Program-made: the position numbers and the translations under genes
The notes under the pieces: generated by a model
Databases searched by the model: none
Told to the model about the DNA's origin: nothing
The model's input: only the letters and a program-made list of their open reading frames with translations
In this document: one piece after another, positions 9,482-20,879 of the stretch
Layout of the letters: every line of letters begins with the position of its first letter
How positions within the stretch are numbered: position 1 is the stretch's first letter
DNA from: an uncultured Methanosarcinaceae archaeon
GTDB lineage: Archaea > Halobacteriota > Methanosarcinia > Methanosarcinales > Methanosarcinaceae
DNA length: 64,000 nucleotides
Direction of reading: 5' to 3'
Assembly (NCBI GenBank): GCA_963847185.1
Contig: CAWJYV010000007.1
Location: forward strand, 480,001 to 544,000

Positions 9482-11656
9482 ATGTTGAAAAAAATTGCGA
9501 ATCATTCACAAAAAATAGAAATGAAATTACTAAGCATAAGCTGCATATTAATATTATTAATATCGTTGTTCTCATTTACGGCATTAGCTGAGAACATAAA
9601 TGTATCTGACAAAACTAACACAGATAACAAGATCTCAGCGACACTTTCTTCCAAGATTGCTGAAGCTTCAGCGAGTGAAAAAATTCCTGTAATTATTTTA
9701 TTGAAAAACCAGAGTATTTCATTTAATTCTATAAAAGGTAGATCTCAAATCAACAGCGAACAAAAGAATTTAATGAACATTCTTAATGCTGCAGAATCTA
9801 ACAAAAAAGCACAAAATATCAAGTCCATAAAAATTATTAATGCTATTGCAGCCAACGTAGCTCCTGAAACTATAGCTTCCATTTCTGAAATGCCTGAAGT
9901 TTCAGTAATCGAGCCTGATGAAGTTGTTTCCATAGCAGAAGGCCAGGAAATTCAGGTAGAGGAAGTAAAAACTTCAGGTCTTGTACAGAAGAATGCATGG
10001 GGAGTTGATAAAATTGGAGCGCCGACAGTATGGCAGCAAGGTATAACCGGAAAAGGAATAACTGTTGCTGTTGTGGATACCGGTATTGATGTGCAGCATC
10101 CCGATCTTGACGATCTTGATGACAATCCGAGTACAAACGATCCAAAGGTTGTAGGTTGGATTGATTATACAAATGGGAAGAGTTCTTCGTATGACGATTA
10201 TGGGCATGGAACTCACATAGCCGGAACTATATCAGGAACAGGTGCTAATGGTTTACATACCGGAGTTGCTCCGGGTACAAAGCTAATTGCAGCAAAAGTT
10301 CTTGATGAATCTGGTTCTAGGATATGCATCTAATGTTATTCTTGCTTTTGAGTGGGCAGTCAATAATAATGCTCGTGTTATAAGTTACAGTTGTGGAGGA
10401 TTACGTCATTATTCACCATACACAATTGCCATAGATAATGTTGTGGCAGCAGGCGTAATTCCCGTTATAGCTGCTGGTAATTCAGGGATGAGCTCTTATA
10501 CAATTGAGTGCCCTGGTGATGAAATCAACTCTACAACTGTTGGTGCAACTGATTCCTCTGATACGATAGCTGATTTTAGTAGCCGCGGTCCTGTTGATCT
10601 TAACGGGCAAAAATACATTAAACCTGATGTTTCTGCGCCCGGAGTGGATATTGAGTCCACGTATCCTGGCGGTTCCTATGAGGTAGCAAGCGGGACTTCC
10701 ATGGCTACACCGCATGTATCGGGTACTGTGGCTTTAATGCTGGAAAAAAAGCCTGCTCTCAAACCATCTGAGATAAAACAGATCTTAGAAAGTACCGCTG
10801 TGGGTCTGGGGGCTGCAGGAAAGGACGCTGACTATGGATCAGGCAGAATAAATGCATATGAAGCAGTATTCTATAAAGAAGAAATAATAATACTTCCTGT
10901 AGCAAACTTCAGTATGAATCTAACCAGTGGTTATGCTCCGCTTAATGTGCAATTTACAGACCTATCGAAGGATGCAACCGGAATAAATTGGGACTTTGAC
11001 AACAATGGAGTGGTAGATTCCACAGATCGAAACCCAATCTATATATATGCAGCTCAAGGGGTCTACACTGTTAACCTGACTGCAAGTAATAAAAATGGCA
11101 CCAATTCAAAGTTATCTAAAATAACTGTTTTAGAAAAACAAATCGTTCCAGTTGCTGATTTTTCTGCCTCCACTACTTCAGGAAATGCACCCCTGACAGT
11201 TAAATTCACCGACAAAAGCAGTGGAGCACCAACTGCATGGAAATGGAGCTTTGGAGATGGATCTCCTCTTGTAGCTCAATATAATCCAACGCACACATAT
11301 TCAAAACCCGGAACTTACACAGTGAAAGAGACTGTAAGTAATGCAGCAGGCAAAGATACAGAAATAAAAACAAATTATATGACTATAAAAGCCGCCCCTA
11401 TAAAACCTGTTGCAGCTTTCTCTGCATCTCCAAGATCAGGAAAAGCACCACTGAAAGTTCAGTTCACTGATAAAAGTTCTAATAGTCCAACTTCATGGAA
11501 ATGGAGTTTTGGAGATGGAACGTACTCAACATCTAAGATTCCTTTGCACACATATAGTAAATCAGGAAAATATACTGTCAGCTTTGACGGCAAAGAATGA
11601 ATGCTGGAAGCAACACAAAAACTATGTCCGGATATATCGTAGTATCCAAAAAATGA
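9482..11656 (+). pseudogene. S8 subtilase (signal, I9-like propeptide, catalytic domain, 3 PKD) interrupted by three +1 frameshifts; pseudogene or sequencing error
   Basis: Triad motifs VAVVDTG, HGTHIAG, GTSMATPHV split over ORFs 9482-10333 and 10287-11600; extra bases at about 10319, 11583-11585 and 11600-11601; the repaired frame ends ...GYIVVSKK* at 11656. Confidence 0.85.
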
Positions 11657-11783
11657 AAATTGATTCTCGTTTTCAAGAAGATTTGCTGAAAGACGGGAAA
11701 ATAGAGGTTTTCTTCCGTCTTTCTCTTTTTTTGGATTCCGAAATACAGATTTTTGATTTTCTTCTTGCCTTAATCTTCTTTTC

Positions 11784-12371
11784 TCAATCTTCTTTTACTC
11801 GTGGCATAGCAATTATTTCCCTAACCTGAAGGGAGAAAAAGTCGCTGCTGTGGGCTGGCCTGAGTACAAGAGCAACATCTGCTCCCCATCTTGTGCCTCC
11901 TATTGCTATAATCTCAGTTGTATCTGAGACCGGTATATGGCCTGAGTCAGCTGCCATAATTGCAACCTCAATAGCTACTTTGAAGCCTTTCCCGAAGAGA
12001 GATCTGAGAGTATCGGAAATTACTTCTACTCTGGAATAGCCTCCGAACTTCTTTGTAATCGAACGCTCAATTCCGGAAAACATGTGGGATTGAGTGGTAA
12101 TTACTGCCCCGAGAGCTTCAAGTTTCTTTTTATATTCTTCTTCAACTTCCCACTGGCCTTTCTCTTTCTGCCCATACTGGTGGCTTACTCCAATAACTTT
12201 TATGCCGCTGCCTTTTACAGCTTCTGCCATTTTCAGAGCTGTTTTCCCGCTGGTGCTGGCGACTACAATATGGGAAATCCCCAGTTCTGATGCCCTTTTT
12301 GCTGCCGCTTCAATAACTGCGTCGGTATTTTCTTCTCCTACATTGTCAAAGTAAAGAACAGATTCTTCCAT
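11784..12371 (-). CDS. Pyruvate kinase C-terminal alpha/beta domain-like protein (MTH1675 family)
   Basis: YF...GEENT, IVVASTSGKTA, GFKVAIEVAIMAADSG, AIGGT..GAD.A. Confidence 0.85.
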   Translation of the reverse strand: MEESVLYFDNVGEENTDAVIEAAAKRASELGISHIVVASTSGKTALKMAEAVKGSGIKVIGVSHQYGQKEKGQWEVEEEYKKKLEALGAVITTQSHMFSGIERSITKKFGGYSRVEVISDTLRSLFGKGFKVAIEVAIMAADSGHIPVSDTTEIIAIGGTRWGADVALVLRPAHSSDFFSLQVREIIAMPRVKED

Positions 12372-12790
12372 TTGCCTTTTTCTCCTGATTTCGTATTTTT
12401 CTTTCTTCGTATCTCTCTTAAATGATCTTTTTACGTTTTGTAAGCTTCTTCTAAGGTTCCTTTCTTTTATTATGCTTTTTATGATTGTCTTTTTTTGGCT
12501 CCTTTTTTGATATCCAACCTTTTATGGCATCTTTAGATAGCCTGTTTTTATCTGATGTTAACTTTAAAACAATAGTTTCCGAAATTATTTTTCTCTATCA
12601 GGAGAAAAGATATATATTAAAAAGATTCTCTTTTATTAAAAAAGAGGGCTATGGTATTCTGAAACCCGGCTTCATTGCATATTTTCGATGTCTGTGCAGG
12701 AAGTGATATATATCGGGGCTGATGAAAACTTGTTTATCTAGGATTAGGTCAAATATAATCATAGGGGTTGTATTTTATCGAGGTGGTTAT

Positions 12791-13540
12791 TTGTCAACTA
12801 CGGATTATGACAACAATGATGTAAAGATTATTACCAAACCTGTGCAGTCAAAAAATCCGGTTTTGATTGAAGGTTTTCCCGGTATCGGGCTTGTGGGGAA
12901 TATTGCAAGTCAGCATATGATAGAAGAATTGAAGATGGAATATATCGGCTCTATTGAATCCAGATATTTCCCTTCTATTGCAGTGCTTTATGAAGGGCTC
13001 ATAAACATGCCTGTCAGGATTTATGAGAGCATAGAGCACAACCTGCTTATTGTAATCTCCGATATCCCCATTAGTCATACAGTATCTTACGATGTAAGTA
13101 ATGCTCTTGTTGATTGGGCCGAATCTATCAATGTAAAAGAGATTGCTTCCATTGCAGGAATCGCCATTATGGATACAGGGCACAAAGTTTTCGGGGCAGC
13201 CACCACTTCAGAGATGCTGGAGCGGCTCAAGGATAAAGTAGAAATTTTCCAGATGGGAACTATTTCCGGAATTTCCGGTAGCGTAATGGCTGAATGTCTG
13301 CTGCGTGAAATTCCTGCAATTAGTCTGCTTGGAGCTACCAAAACTCAAAATCCTGATCCAAGGGCTGCTTCTGCTGTTATTGAAGTTTTAAACCAGCTAT
13401 ATGGGCTTTCAATAAATACCGAGAGATTAATAGAGCAGGCTGAACGCATAGAAATTGAACTCCAGAGGCTTGCTGAAGATGTTCAGAGTAGTGAGCAGAA
13501 AGGCGGCGAAGTGAAAAAGGAGTTCCCAATGTACGGGTGA
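12791..13540 (+). CDS. Proteasome assembly chaperone (PAC2 family)
   Basis: LIEGFPGIGLVGNIA and PDPRAA motifs; likely TTG start at 12791 after gaggtgg RBS (ORF track starts at 12722). Confidence 0.85.
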   Translation: MSTTDYDNNDVKIITKPVQSKNPVLIEGFPGIGLVGNIASQHMIEELKMEYIGSIESRYFPSIAVLYEGLINMPVRIYESIEHNLLIVISDIPISHTVSYDVSNALVDWAESINVKEIASIAGIAIMDTGHKVFGAATTSEMLERLKDKVEIFQMGTISGISGSVMAECLLREIPAISLLGATKTQNPDPRAASAVIEVLNQLYGLSINTERLIEQAERIEIELQRLAEDVQSSEQKGGEVKKEFPMYG

Positions 13541-13544
13541 TCCC

Positions 13545-13934
13545 ATGGAGTACATCGCGTTAACAGGAATTGCTGAGTCTATAATCGAGATCCTGAAGAA
13601 ACATCAACTCAAAACTCTTGAAATTAGAAATCCTCAAAATTTCTTAGGGGTACTTGGGCTCAATGCAGGAGATAAAGTTCTCCTGACTTCTACCAGTCTT
13701 GAGGATCTTAAGGACGGGAGCCCTGGTCTCATAGCAAAGGTTGTGCAGAGGCAGATCTCTGCTCACTCCGTCGTTAGTTCAAACAATCTCTATGTTGAAG
13801 AACGAGAGGCTATTTCAGCTCGTATTCAGCTTGAATGCAAGTGTATGGGAAGAGTGAAAAGTGTCATTTCAGATGAACTGGGGAAACCGGTTAGGGTGGA
13901 TGCTATAGAAATTTCTTGCTATGAAGCCAGATAA
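13545..13934 (+). CDS. DUF473-like archaeal protein
   Basis: ALTGI...L.....KTLEIRNPQN N-terminus; 4 nt downstream of the PAC2 gene. Confidence 0.7.
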   Translation: MEYIALTGIAESIIEILKKHQLKTLEIRNPQNFLGVLGLNAGDKVLLTSTSLEDLKDGSPGLIAKVVQRQISAHSVVSSNNLYVEEREAISARIQLECKCMGRVKSVISDELGKPVRVDAIEISCYEAR

Positions 13935-14246
13935 CAGCCTATTAAATAAAGCTGATTTCTAAAATAATTTAAAAAACGTTTTTTCTCTATTTTTCTTGTA
14001 TCTCAATATTACCAACATTAAGATGTTTGCTATTTTTGTGAGAAAAATAATTTTCTGGCGCAAGAGACTCTTATCTAGAAGAGAATTCCAAAATACTATT
14101 ACTATTCTGAATAAAACTATTATTCTTAAAATGATGCTATTATTTTTTGAAAAAACATTATTTGGAAATACTACCACTATTTTTCTGAAAAAATAATGTT
14201 CCTGAAAGAAGTATTTTTTAAGAGGCGAAAAAAGATAGAAAAAGAA

Positions 14247-14280
14247 AGTTGCCGGAAAAATTAAGTTTTCTCCGGCAACT
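14247..14280 (-). terminator. Hairpin between convergent genes, downstream of the thermosome gene
   Basis: agttgccgga/tccggcaact 10-bp inverted repeat next to T-rich tracts on the minus strand. Confidence 0.55.
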
Positions 14281-14340
14281 CGGGATTGCTATTTTTTAAT
14301 TTATTTTTTATTTATTTTAATTTATTTATTCATTTATTTA

Positions 14341-15963
14341 TTACATATCTTCGGGCATTTCGCCGCCTGGACCTGCTGGAGCTCTCCCAGTGCCAGATGA
14401 AGCTATTACATCATCGATTCTGAGAATCATAATTGCAGCTTCTGTGGCTGCATTAATTGCCTGGGTCTTAATTCTGAGAGGTTCGACAACATTGTTTGCG
14501 AACATGTCCTCTATCTTACCAGTGTAAACGTTAAGTCCTGCACGCTTATTGCCTTTCTCGTGCTGGGAACGCATTTCCACAAGCATGTCTATAGGGTCAA
14601 GCCCTGCGTTTTCGGCAAGTGTCTGAGGAATGACCTCGAGAGACTCTGCGAATTTCACAACAGCAAGCTGTTCCCTGCCTTTAAGGGTTGCTGCGTATTC
14701 CTTGAGTCTGAGAGACAGTTCAATTTCAGGTGCACCGCCACCTACAACGATCTTCTGATCTTCGAGAGCGACACCAACTACTCTGAGAGCATCTTCGAGA
14801 GCTCTCTCAAGACCTTCAACTACATGCTCTGTTCCGCCGCGGAGGAGGATTGAGGTGGTCTTGCTGTCTTTGCAGCCTGTGACAAAAGTCATTCTGGAAC
14901 CTGTAACGTCCCTTTCTTCTACAAGGCCGGCATAGCCAAGGTCAGACTCCTCAATTTCGTCCAGGCTGGTAATAACTCTTGCACCTGTTGCGCGGGAAAG
15001 CTTATCCATATCACTCTTTTTAACCCTGCGCATTGCAAAGATTCCTGCCTTTGTCAGGTAATACTGAGCAAGGTCATCGATACCCTTCTGACAGAAAACA
15101 ACGTCTGCGCCTGTGCCAATTACCTTGTCCACGATTTCCCTGAGCATTGCTTCTTCCTGGTCTAAGAAGAGCTGCATCTGGTCAGGAGTAGTAATCTTTA
15201 TTTCGGCTTTGGTTTCTGTCTTTTTGAGTTCGATAGGTACGCTCAAGAGCAGAACTTTTGCATTTTCTACTACTTCTGGCATACCTGTATGGACACGTTC
15301 TTTATCGACAATTACACCTTCGACGATCTCGGAGTCCTTTATGCTTCCGCCTGGTCTCTTTTCCACCTTAATATCCTCGATGTCTACGGTAATCTTTCCG
15401 TCTTCACTTACCTCAACAACTGATTTGACAGCTTTGACTGCAAGCGCAGAGAGGTGCTCCTTGTTAGCTTCTGCACCCTTTCCTGTTATGGCTGTGGCTG
15501 CAAGCTTTTCAAGAGTTTCGGTATCTTCGGGAGACGTTCTGATGGTGATGGTGTCAAGTATCTTTGTAGCCCTGTCTGCTGCAAGCCTGTAACCGCTTGC
15601 AATTATTGTTGGGTGAACGCCGCTTTCCAGCAGTTCTTCTGCCTTTGTCAGGAATTCTCCTGCAAGTACGGCTGCGGTGGTTGTTCCGTCTCCTACTTCG
15701 GCATCCTGGGTCTTGGCTACTTCTACGATCATCTTTGCACCTGGGTGCTCGATGTCCATTTCTTTGAGGATTGTGGCTCCATCATTGGTGATTACAACAT
15801 CACCCATGGAGTCTACAAGCATCTTGTCCATACCTTTGGGCCCGAGAGTAGTTCTCACAGCTTCAGCGACTGCCTTTGCGGCCATAATATTGTTGTGCTG
15901 GGCGTCGGAACCATGGGTTCTCCTACTGCCCTCCCTTAAAATAAAGATCGGTTGTGCTGACAA
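14341..15963 (-). CDS. thsA: Thermosome (group II chaperonin) subunit
   Basis: [35 protein letters not shown]; likely TTG start at 15963 after aggag (track start 15981). Confidence 0.95.
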   Translation of the reverse strand: MSAQPIFILREGSRRTHGSDAQHNNIMAAKAVAEAVRTTLGPKGMDKMLVDSMGDVVITNDGATILKEMDIEHPGAKMIVEVAKTQDAEVGDGTTTAAVLAGEFLTKAEELLESGVHPTIIASGYRLAADRATKILDTITIRTSPEDTETLEKLAATAITGKGAEANKEHLSALAVKAVKSVVEVSEDGKITVDIEDIKVEKRPGGSIKDSEIVEGVIVDKERVHTGMPEVVENAKVLLLSVPIELKKTETKAEIKITTPDQMQLFLDQEEAMLREIVDKVIGTGADVVFCQKGIDDLAQYYLTKAGIFAMRRVKKSDMDKLSRATGARVITSLDEIEESDLGYAGLVEERDVTGSRMTFVTGCKDSKTTSILLRGGTEHVVEGLERALEDALRVVGVALEDQKIVVGGGAPEIELSLRLKEYAATLKGREQLAVVKFAESLEVIPQTLAENAGLDPIDMLVEMRSQHEKGNKRAGLNVYTGKIEDMFANNVVEPLRIKTQAINAATEAAIMILRIDDVIASSGTGRAPAGPGGEMPEDM

Positions 15964-16377
15964 GCTTCTATCTCCTTTCAATGATTATGAATTCATATGA
16001 ATTTTAATTAGTTGTATTACTGAGCACATTACCTTTGTGCGTAATTTTTCATATTCTTAATGCAAGCACTTCTATATAAGAATTACTCTGGATCAAAGAG
16101 CTTAAATCTAAAAAAAAGGGTCTCCTGAATCGTTTAATATCTTTTCCTGATCTCTTTATGGGAATTGAGTCCAGAAGTTTTATTTCATAAATCAGATTAT
16201 GTTGTAAAATCCTATCATGAAAAGGATTAATGAGGATGAATGAGAAATTTTTGACTTAGTTAAAAGGCAATATCTCAATAGGTTCTAGAAAATAAAGTAG
16301 AAGGCTTTTACCACTTTACCTTCAACTTTTTCTGCACAACTTTACGAGAAAATACTCATGCGTTTGTTAGACAATGT

Positions 16378-19300
16378 TCAATGTGTTTTTATATACTCAA
16401 TCATCCGTGGGGTCAGCAGGGGAATAATCTCGGGAAGCATATTGGGCATCAGGTTCTCCATAGCTTTTGGCATAAGGTCAGGAAGCTGCTCTCTCATATA
16501 ATCCGGCATGGGGACTCTCCTTTCCACAGCTTTGAGCATATCAGGCATGACTTTTGGCATGACAGAAGGCATAAGCTTCGGCATCATGATCGGCATCATG
16601 GGTTTCATCATGGCATCCATTCCTGGGATGTATTTGACCATTTTCATCATGGTCTGAAGCGGAGAAGGCATTGCTGCCATCATCTGGGGCATGAGCTCAA
16701 CCATCAGCTCGGTCATATTTTCTGGCTGCATGAGGGCGATCATCCTTTCGAAAGGCACCCATGATTCCAGGGTATAGGTTGTAGAGTCTGGAATGTTATA
16801 TCCAAGACTTCTTCCCACCAGAGCGCCGAGATCCTGAGCCTGGATGTTAAGGTTATTTTCCTGTGCTGCCACACGGAACTGGAAGATACAGCATGGACAA
16901 AGAGCTGCAATAATGTCGGCGTTAACGTCAACAGCTTCCTGAAGTCTCATATTTCCCAATCTATATGCAACAGGTGGTTCTGCAATCAGGCTTACCACCG
17001 AACCACAGCAGTGAGCCTTTTCCCGGTTATACTCAAGTTCTCTGAACTGGATTCCAGGAATTGACTTCAAGAGCTCTCTTGGAGGCTCGTATATTTTTCC
17101 TCCGGCTCTTCCTAGATGACAGGAATCGTGCCAGGCAACTACTTTATCCAGAGGCTGCTTGAACTTCGGTTTAAGGACATCAAGGCGTTCCACAAGGACT
17201 TCGGAATAGTGCTTCGTCTCAATTCCGAATTCTATTCCGAGCTTTTCCGCCCACTGGGGATAGACTGTGTGCCACATAAGCCAGCATGCAGGGCAGGAAG
17301 TGATAACTGTTTTTACGCCTTTCTTTTTCATGTTCGAGACGTTCATTCTCATTATCTTTTCAAAAACGTCCCATCTTCCGGCAACAAGCATTGGAATCCC
17401 ACAGCATGCCTCTTTATCAAAGAGACCTGTGAACTCAATTCCCGCATCATCCAGCATGCGGACAGCTCCCACAGCCACGTCGTTTTCTACAAAGGAAGCC
17501 GTACAACCCGCAAAGTAAGCATACTCAGCTTCATCTTTCATTTTTGCCCGGATATCATCCGGGATCCATTTGTCCCTATCTTTTCTATAATTTGCCCAGA
17601 TATTCCTCTCTTTTAGCAGGCTCGCAGCCATGATTTCGAAAGGTGGAAAGGTCATCTTTTTCTCTTTTCTCACCAGCTTTTCGCGCATGGTCATCCAGGA
17701 GTGTTCTATTGGCATGTCCAGTTCACAGCGGGAGTCGCACATCTGGCAGGTCGTGCAGCCAAGAAAAGTATTCGTCTGCCTCTGGTCAAGTTTTTCCCTG
17801 CCTGCAAGATATTCCTTGATAAAGAACCATTTCCCGCGAGGAGACTGGGATTCCCATCCCCTGCCGTAATACTGATCACACTCACTTACACAATACCCGC
17901 ATTGGGAACATGAGTAGGCAAGTTCTGCAACCTCGGCAGGAATATTTTTTTCGTCTTTGAAGGAGACTTCCCCTATTCCCGACATATTTCCCACAAGCCT
18001 TCCCATAGGTTCGAAGGAAGATCCAAGGGATACTGCAGTATTGAGAAGCTTTTTTCCCTCCAGTTTCTCAGGGTTCATGATCCCATTGGGATCAAATTCT
18101 TTTCTGAGGGCTTCGATTTCGGAAAGCCTGTCTCCAAAGACGCTCTTTTTCTTCGAGGCAAAGAATAGGCCGGAGGAATATGCTCTTCCCCCGTTTTCTT
18201 CTGCAATTTTCAGGATGCTCAGGGAAAGAGCAAAGGCCGTATTAAAGAGTAAGGAGCGCTCGGAGTGACGCATGAAGCAGAGGAGCACGACATTTCCATC
18301 GCTTATAACCATTCCTTCAGTAAGCACCGGAAGTTTGATCCTCTTTTCGATTTCTTCAAAAGTAGTGTCCATCTTCTCAAGCGGTACCAGTATCTCGGCA
18401 GGAATGAAGGAGGGACCGAGCCTTTTTACTTTCATGGACTTGAACCATTCTTCAGTCTCGTGCTTTGCAACTTCTTCCGGAAGGATTGAGCCATCTGCAC
18501 TTTCGATTGCCTCCTTCAGACCAGATACGTCTCTGGAAGCAGGGTACATGAAAGTACAAACATAAGCGGCAGGCAAAACAGGTCTGTCTTTATCCACGAT
18601 TTCTCCATAGTGGAGTTTTCTGGGAGCTTTGTTTTTCATATATGCCCATTCAGGGTTCAGGAAAGAGATGGACCAGAGAGGAATATTCTTTTCTCTTATG
18701 GTTTCTACAGCTTTTTTCATGGCTAAAGCGCTGGGAAAACTGGCAGAAACAGCTTTTCTCTCTTCAAGCTTCTGGACCTTCAGGGTTACTTCCGTGATGA
18801 TGCCTGTTGTTCCCATTGTCCCTATTAACTTTTTCAGTTCAGGACCTGAAAAATCCTTTATTTTTCCATTCGGAAGGACAACACGGACTTTTTCCATGCT
18901 TTCGTAGCCCCATCCAAACTCATAACTCCCATAACCTGCCCCGCTTTGAGCCAGCCAGCCTCCTACTGTCGAAGAAGGCGCACTTGAGGGGAGTGCTCTT
19001 AATGAGAGCCCCCTTTCTTTTAGCTTCCTCTCTAACTTTTCCCAGATTATCCCGCTCTGCACAACTGCTTTCTGTCCTTCGGGATCGATACTTATAACCT
19101 TATTTAGTAATGTAACATCGGCAACTATTCCTCCCTTTGTTGGAATTACTCCTCCGTATCCTGAGGAAGCTCCTGCGCGGGGGACAACCGGAATTTTGTG
19201 CCTGTTTGCAAATTCCAGAAGCTTTACTGCATCTTCTTCTGTCCGGATTTTTATAACAGCTGCAGGATCTGTGTTCCCAATTACTTTCTTGACAAGCGGA

Positions 19301-19428
19301 GGTAAAGCTCCTATATCGTGATTGTAATAGTGGCGTTCGCGCTTGTCAAGATTGACGCATTCCCCAAAGAGTTTGGAGAGCTCTGTTTTTTGGACTTCTG
19401 AAAGTTCCGGTACATTTTTTGCTGGCAT
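16378..19428 (-). CDS. FAD-binding/(Fe-S) oxidoreductase, GlcD + GlcF/HdrD-like fusion with CCG domains and Met/Pro-rich tail
   Basis: PRAGASSGYGG FAD motif; FDPNGIMNP; two CxxCxxCxxxC motifs; CCG motifs; TSCPAC, HDSCH. Confidence 0.88.
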   Translation of the reverse strand: MPAKNVPELSEVQKTELSKLFGECVNLDKRERHYYNHDIGALPPLVKKVIGNTDPAAVIKIRTEEDAVKLLEFANRHKIPVVPRAGASSGYGGVIPTKGGIVADVTLLNKVISIDPEGQKAVVQSGIIWEKLERKLKERGLSLRALPSSAPSSTVGGWLAQSGAGYGSYEFGWGYESMEKVRVVLPNGKIKDFSGPELKKLIGTMGTTGIITEVTLKVQKLEERKAVSASFPSALAMKKAVETIREKNIPLWSISFLNPEWAYMKNKAPRKLHYGEIVDKDRPVLPAAYVCTFMYPASRDVSGLKEAIESADGSILPEEVAKHETEEWFKSMKVKRLGPSFIPAEILVPLEKMDTTFEEIEKRIKLPVLTEGMVISDGNVVLLCFMRHSERSLLFNTAFALSLSILKIAEENGGRAYSSGLFFASKKKSVFGDRLSEIEALRKEFDPNGIMNPEKLEGKKLLNTAVSLGSSFEPMGRLVGNMSGIGEVSFKDEKNIPAEVAELAYSCSQCGYCVSECDQYYGRGWESQSPRGKWFFIKEYLAGREKLDQRQTNTFLGCTTCQMCDSRCELDMPIEHSWMTMREKLVRKEKKMTFPPFEIMAASLLKERNIWANYRKDRDKWIPDDIRAKMKDEAEYAYFAGCTASFVENDVAVGAVRMLDDAGIEFTGLFDKEACCGIPMLVAGRWDVFEKIMRMNVSNMKKKGVKTVITSCPACWLMWHTVYPQWAEKLGIEFGIETKHYSEVLVERLDVLKPKFKQPLDKVVAWHDSCHLGRAGGKIYEPPRELLKSIPGIQFRELEYNREKAHCCGSVVSLIAEPPVAYRLGNMRLQEAVDVNADIIAALCPCCIFQFRVAAQENNLNIQAQDLGALVGRSLGYNIPDSTTYTLESWVPFERMIALMQPENMTELMVELMPQMMAAMPSPLQTMMKMVKYIPGMDAMMKPMMPIMMPKLMPSVMPKVMPDMLKAVERRVPMPDYMREQLPDLMPKAMENLMPNMLPEIIPLLTPRMIEYIKTH

Positions 19429-19614
19429 ATTCTTCTTCTCCTAAGTTACAGCCGATTTGTGGACACTCTACAGTATGCAGATTATTTTACCAGGTCAGAT
19501 TTTGGAAATGTTTTTCTGACTCCCCTATATTTTATATTGTATATTTTTCAATTTAAAATATTCTTTGCAATGATATTATTCTATTCTTTTAAAAAGAAAA
19601 TGCAAATCGTAAAA

Positions 19615-20256
19615 TTAAAACTTAAGAGCATCTTTCGGACATACGGTCACGCAACGCCCGCATTTTATACAATCGGGTTTTGTTTCACTCTCGCGAATTT
19701 TAAGCTGCATGGGACAGACTTTTTCGCACTTTTTACAGTTAATGCATTTCTCCTTTGCAAGCTTGAGCTGGTATCTCTTTCCTCCAAGCAGACGCTGAGC
19801 TGTCCCCATAGGACAGAAGGAACACCAGGTTCTTGGGCTCAGGAAGCTTCCCAGGAGAATTGCAATTGCAGTTGTCACAAGGCACATGGTGACAAAAACC
19901 ATACCGATTTTTTCAAAGGTATTAAGGCTTCCGATAATGCTTGATATCCTGTATCCCATAAAGCCCATTAGGAGGAAGAATATAGGTAGGCGAACCCACA
20001 GACTCCGCAGAGTTCCAGGTATCCTCTTTTTCTTTGAAATTTTGCTTACCCAGAAGTCGACAAGGCTTCCTCTAGGACAGAGATTTCCGCAGAACCATCT
20101 GCCTCTGAAAGGGCTGCTAAGGAAAATTGCTGCAAAAATGAGCAACATGAAATAGCCGAGGGCAGGATACCAGAGCCCTCCTATGGAAACGATAAGTACA
20201 AGGATTCCCAGATAGGGAGTAATTTTAAGCAACGAACTCAACCTCCACTTTCCCAT
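19615..20256 (-). CDS. Membrane-bound 4Fe-4S protein (NapH/MauN-like)
   Basis: RWFCGNLCPRG, RTWCSFCPMG, two CxxCxxCxxxCP motifs, four TM helices. Confidence 0.85.
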   Translation of the reverse strand: MGKWRLSSLLKITPYLGILVLIVSIGGLWYPALGYFMLLIFAAIFLSSPFRGRWFCGNLCPRGSLVDFWVSKISKKKRIPGTLRSLWVRLPIFFLLMGFMGYRISSIIGSLNTFEKIGMVFVTMCLVTTAIAILLGSFLSPRTWCSFCPMGTAQRLLGGKRYQLKLAKEKCINCKKCEKVCPMQLKIRESETKPDCIKCGRCVTVCPKDALKF

Positions 20257-20597
20257 TTTTCAAGTTCCTGCCCCAATCGATCGGCCCAGGAATTCACTAC
20301 AGTCATTATAATGTTTTTTATTTTAGTTTTTGAGTGGATTTTGTATCTGAAGACATAGCCTCCTCCATCCAGATTCTGCTGAGATCGCTGCAGAATTTCT
20401 TTCTCATGCAGTTTTTTTACGGAACGCTGGATTGTAGAGATGTCCAGGCGCAGGATTTTCGAAAGAGATTCACTGTCTATCCACTGCTCGGTTTCATTTA
20501 AAAAATATTTCATTACCTTAAGATCTGCCTTTGTGAGATTAAGAGCACACTTGATTACATCTTCTACTTTGAATTCTTTGCAAGCGAAGTCTATCAT
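20238..20597 (-). CDS. Winged-helix transcriptional regulator (TrmB/MarR-like)
   Basis: HTH LSKILRLDISTIQRSVKKL, wing GGGYVFRY; overlaps the downstream Fe-S gene. Confidence 0.8.
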   Translation of the reverse strand: MIDFACKEFKVEDVIKCALNLTKADLKVMKYFLNETEQWIDSESLSKILRLDISTIQRSVKKLHEKEILQRSQQNLDGGGYVFRYKIHSKTKIKNIIMTVVNSWADRLGQELEKWESGG

Positions 20598-20616
20598 TTA
20601 AATCCCTCAGAAACAC

Positions 20617-20668
20617 TACAGTACTGTAATTTTGTCACAGTAGTATATATACACTGGCAAGTACTGTA
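20617..20668. promoter_or_regulatory. Palindromic operator-like sites around the TATA box of the HTH operon
   Basis: Perfect palindrome tacagtactgta at 20617-20628; related agtactgta at 20660-20668; tatatata between them. Confidence 0.5.
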
Positions 20669-20879
20669 TCATTAAGCCAAAAATAAGAAGTACTTTATTT
20701 TTTTATTCTATCTGGTTTTAAAGTTTTTTCCAAAAGAGCTTTTTTGCTTTCCAAAATAACTTTTTTTGCTTAACTTCCAGCTCATCAAAATTTACAAAAA
20801 TTACATAATTTATAACTCTAAAAAACAAAAAAGAAATAGAAGGAAAGGTTTTGTCTTTCTTTCCTATCCTCTCTAGAAT

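Noticed and set aside
13959-14196. Short ORFs on both strands in the AT-rich gap
   Set aside because: Low-complexity degenerate repeats in a convergent terminator region; no protein features.
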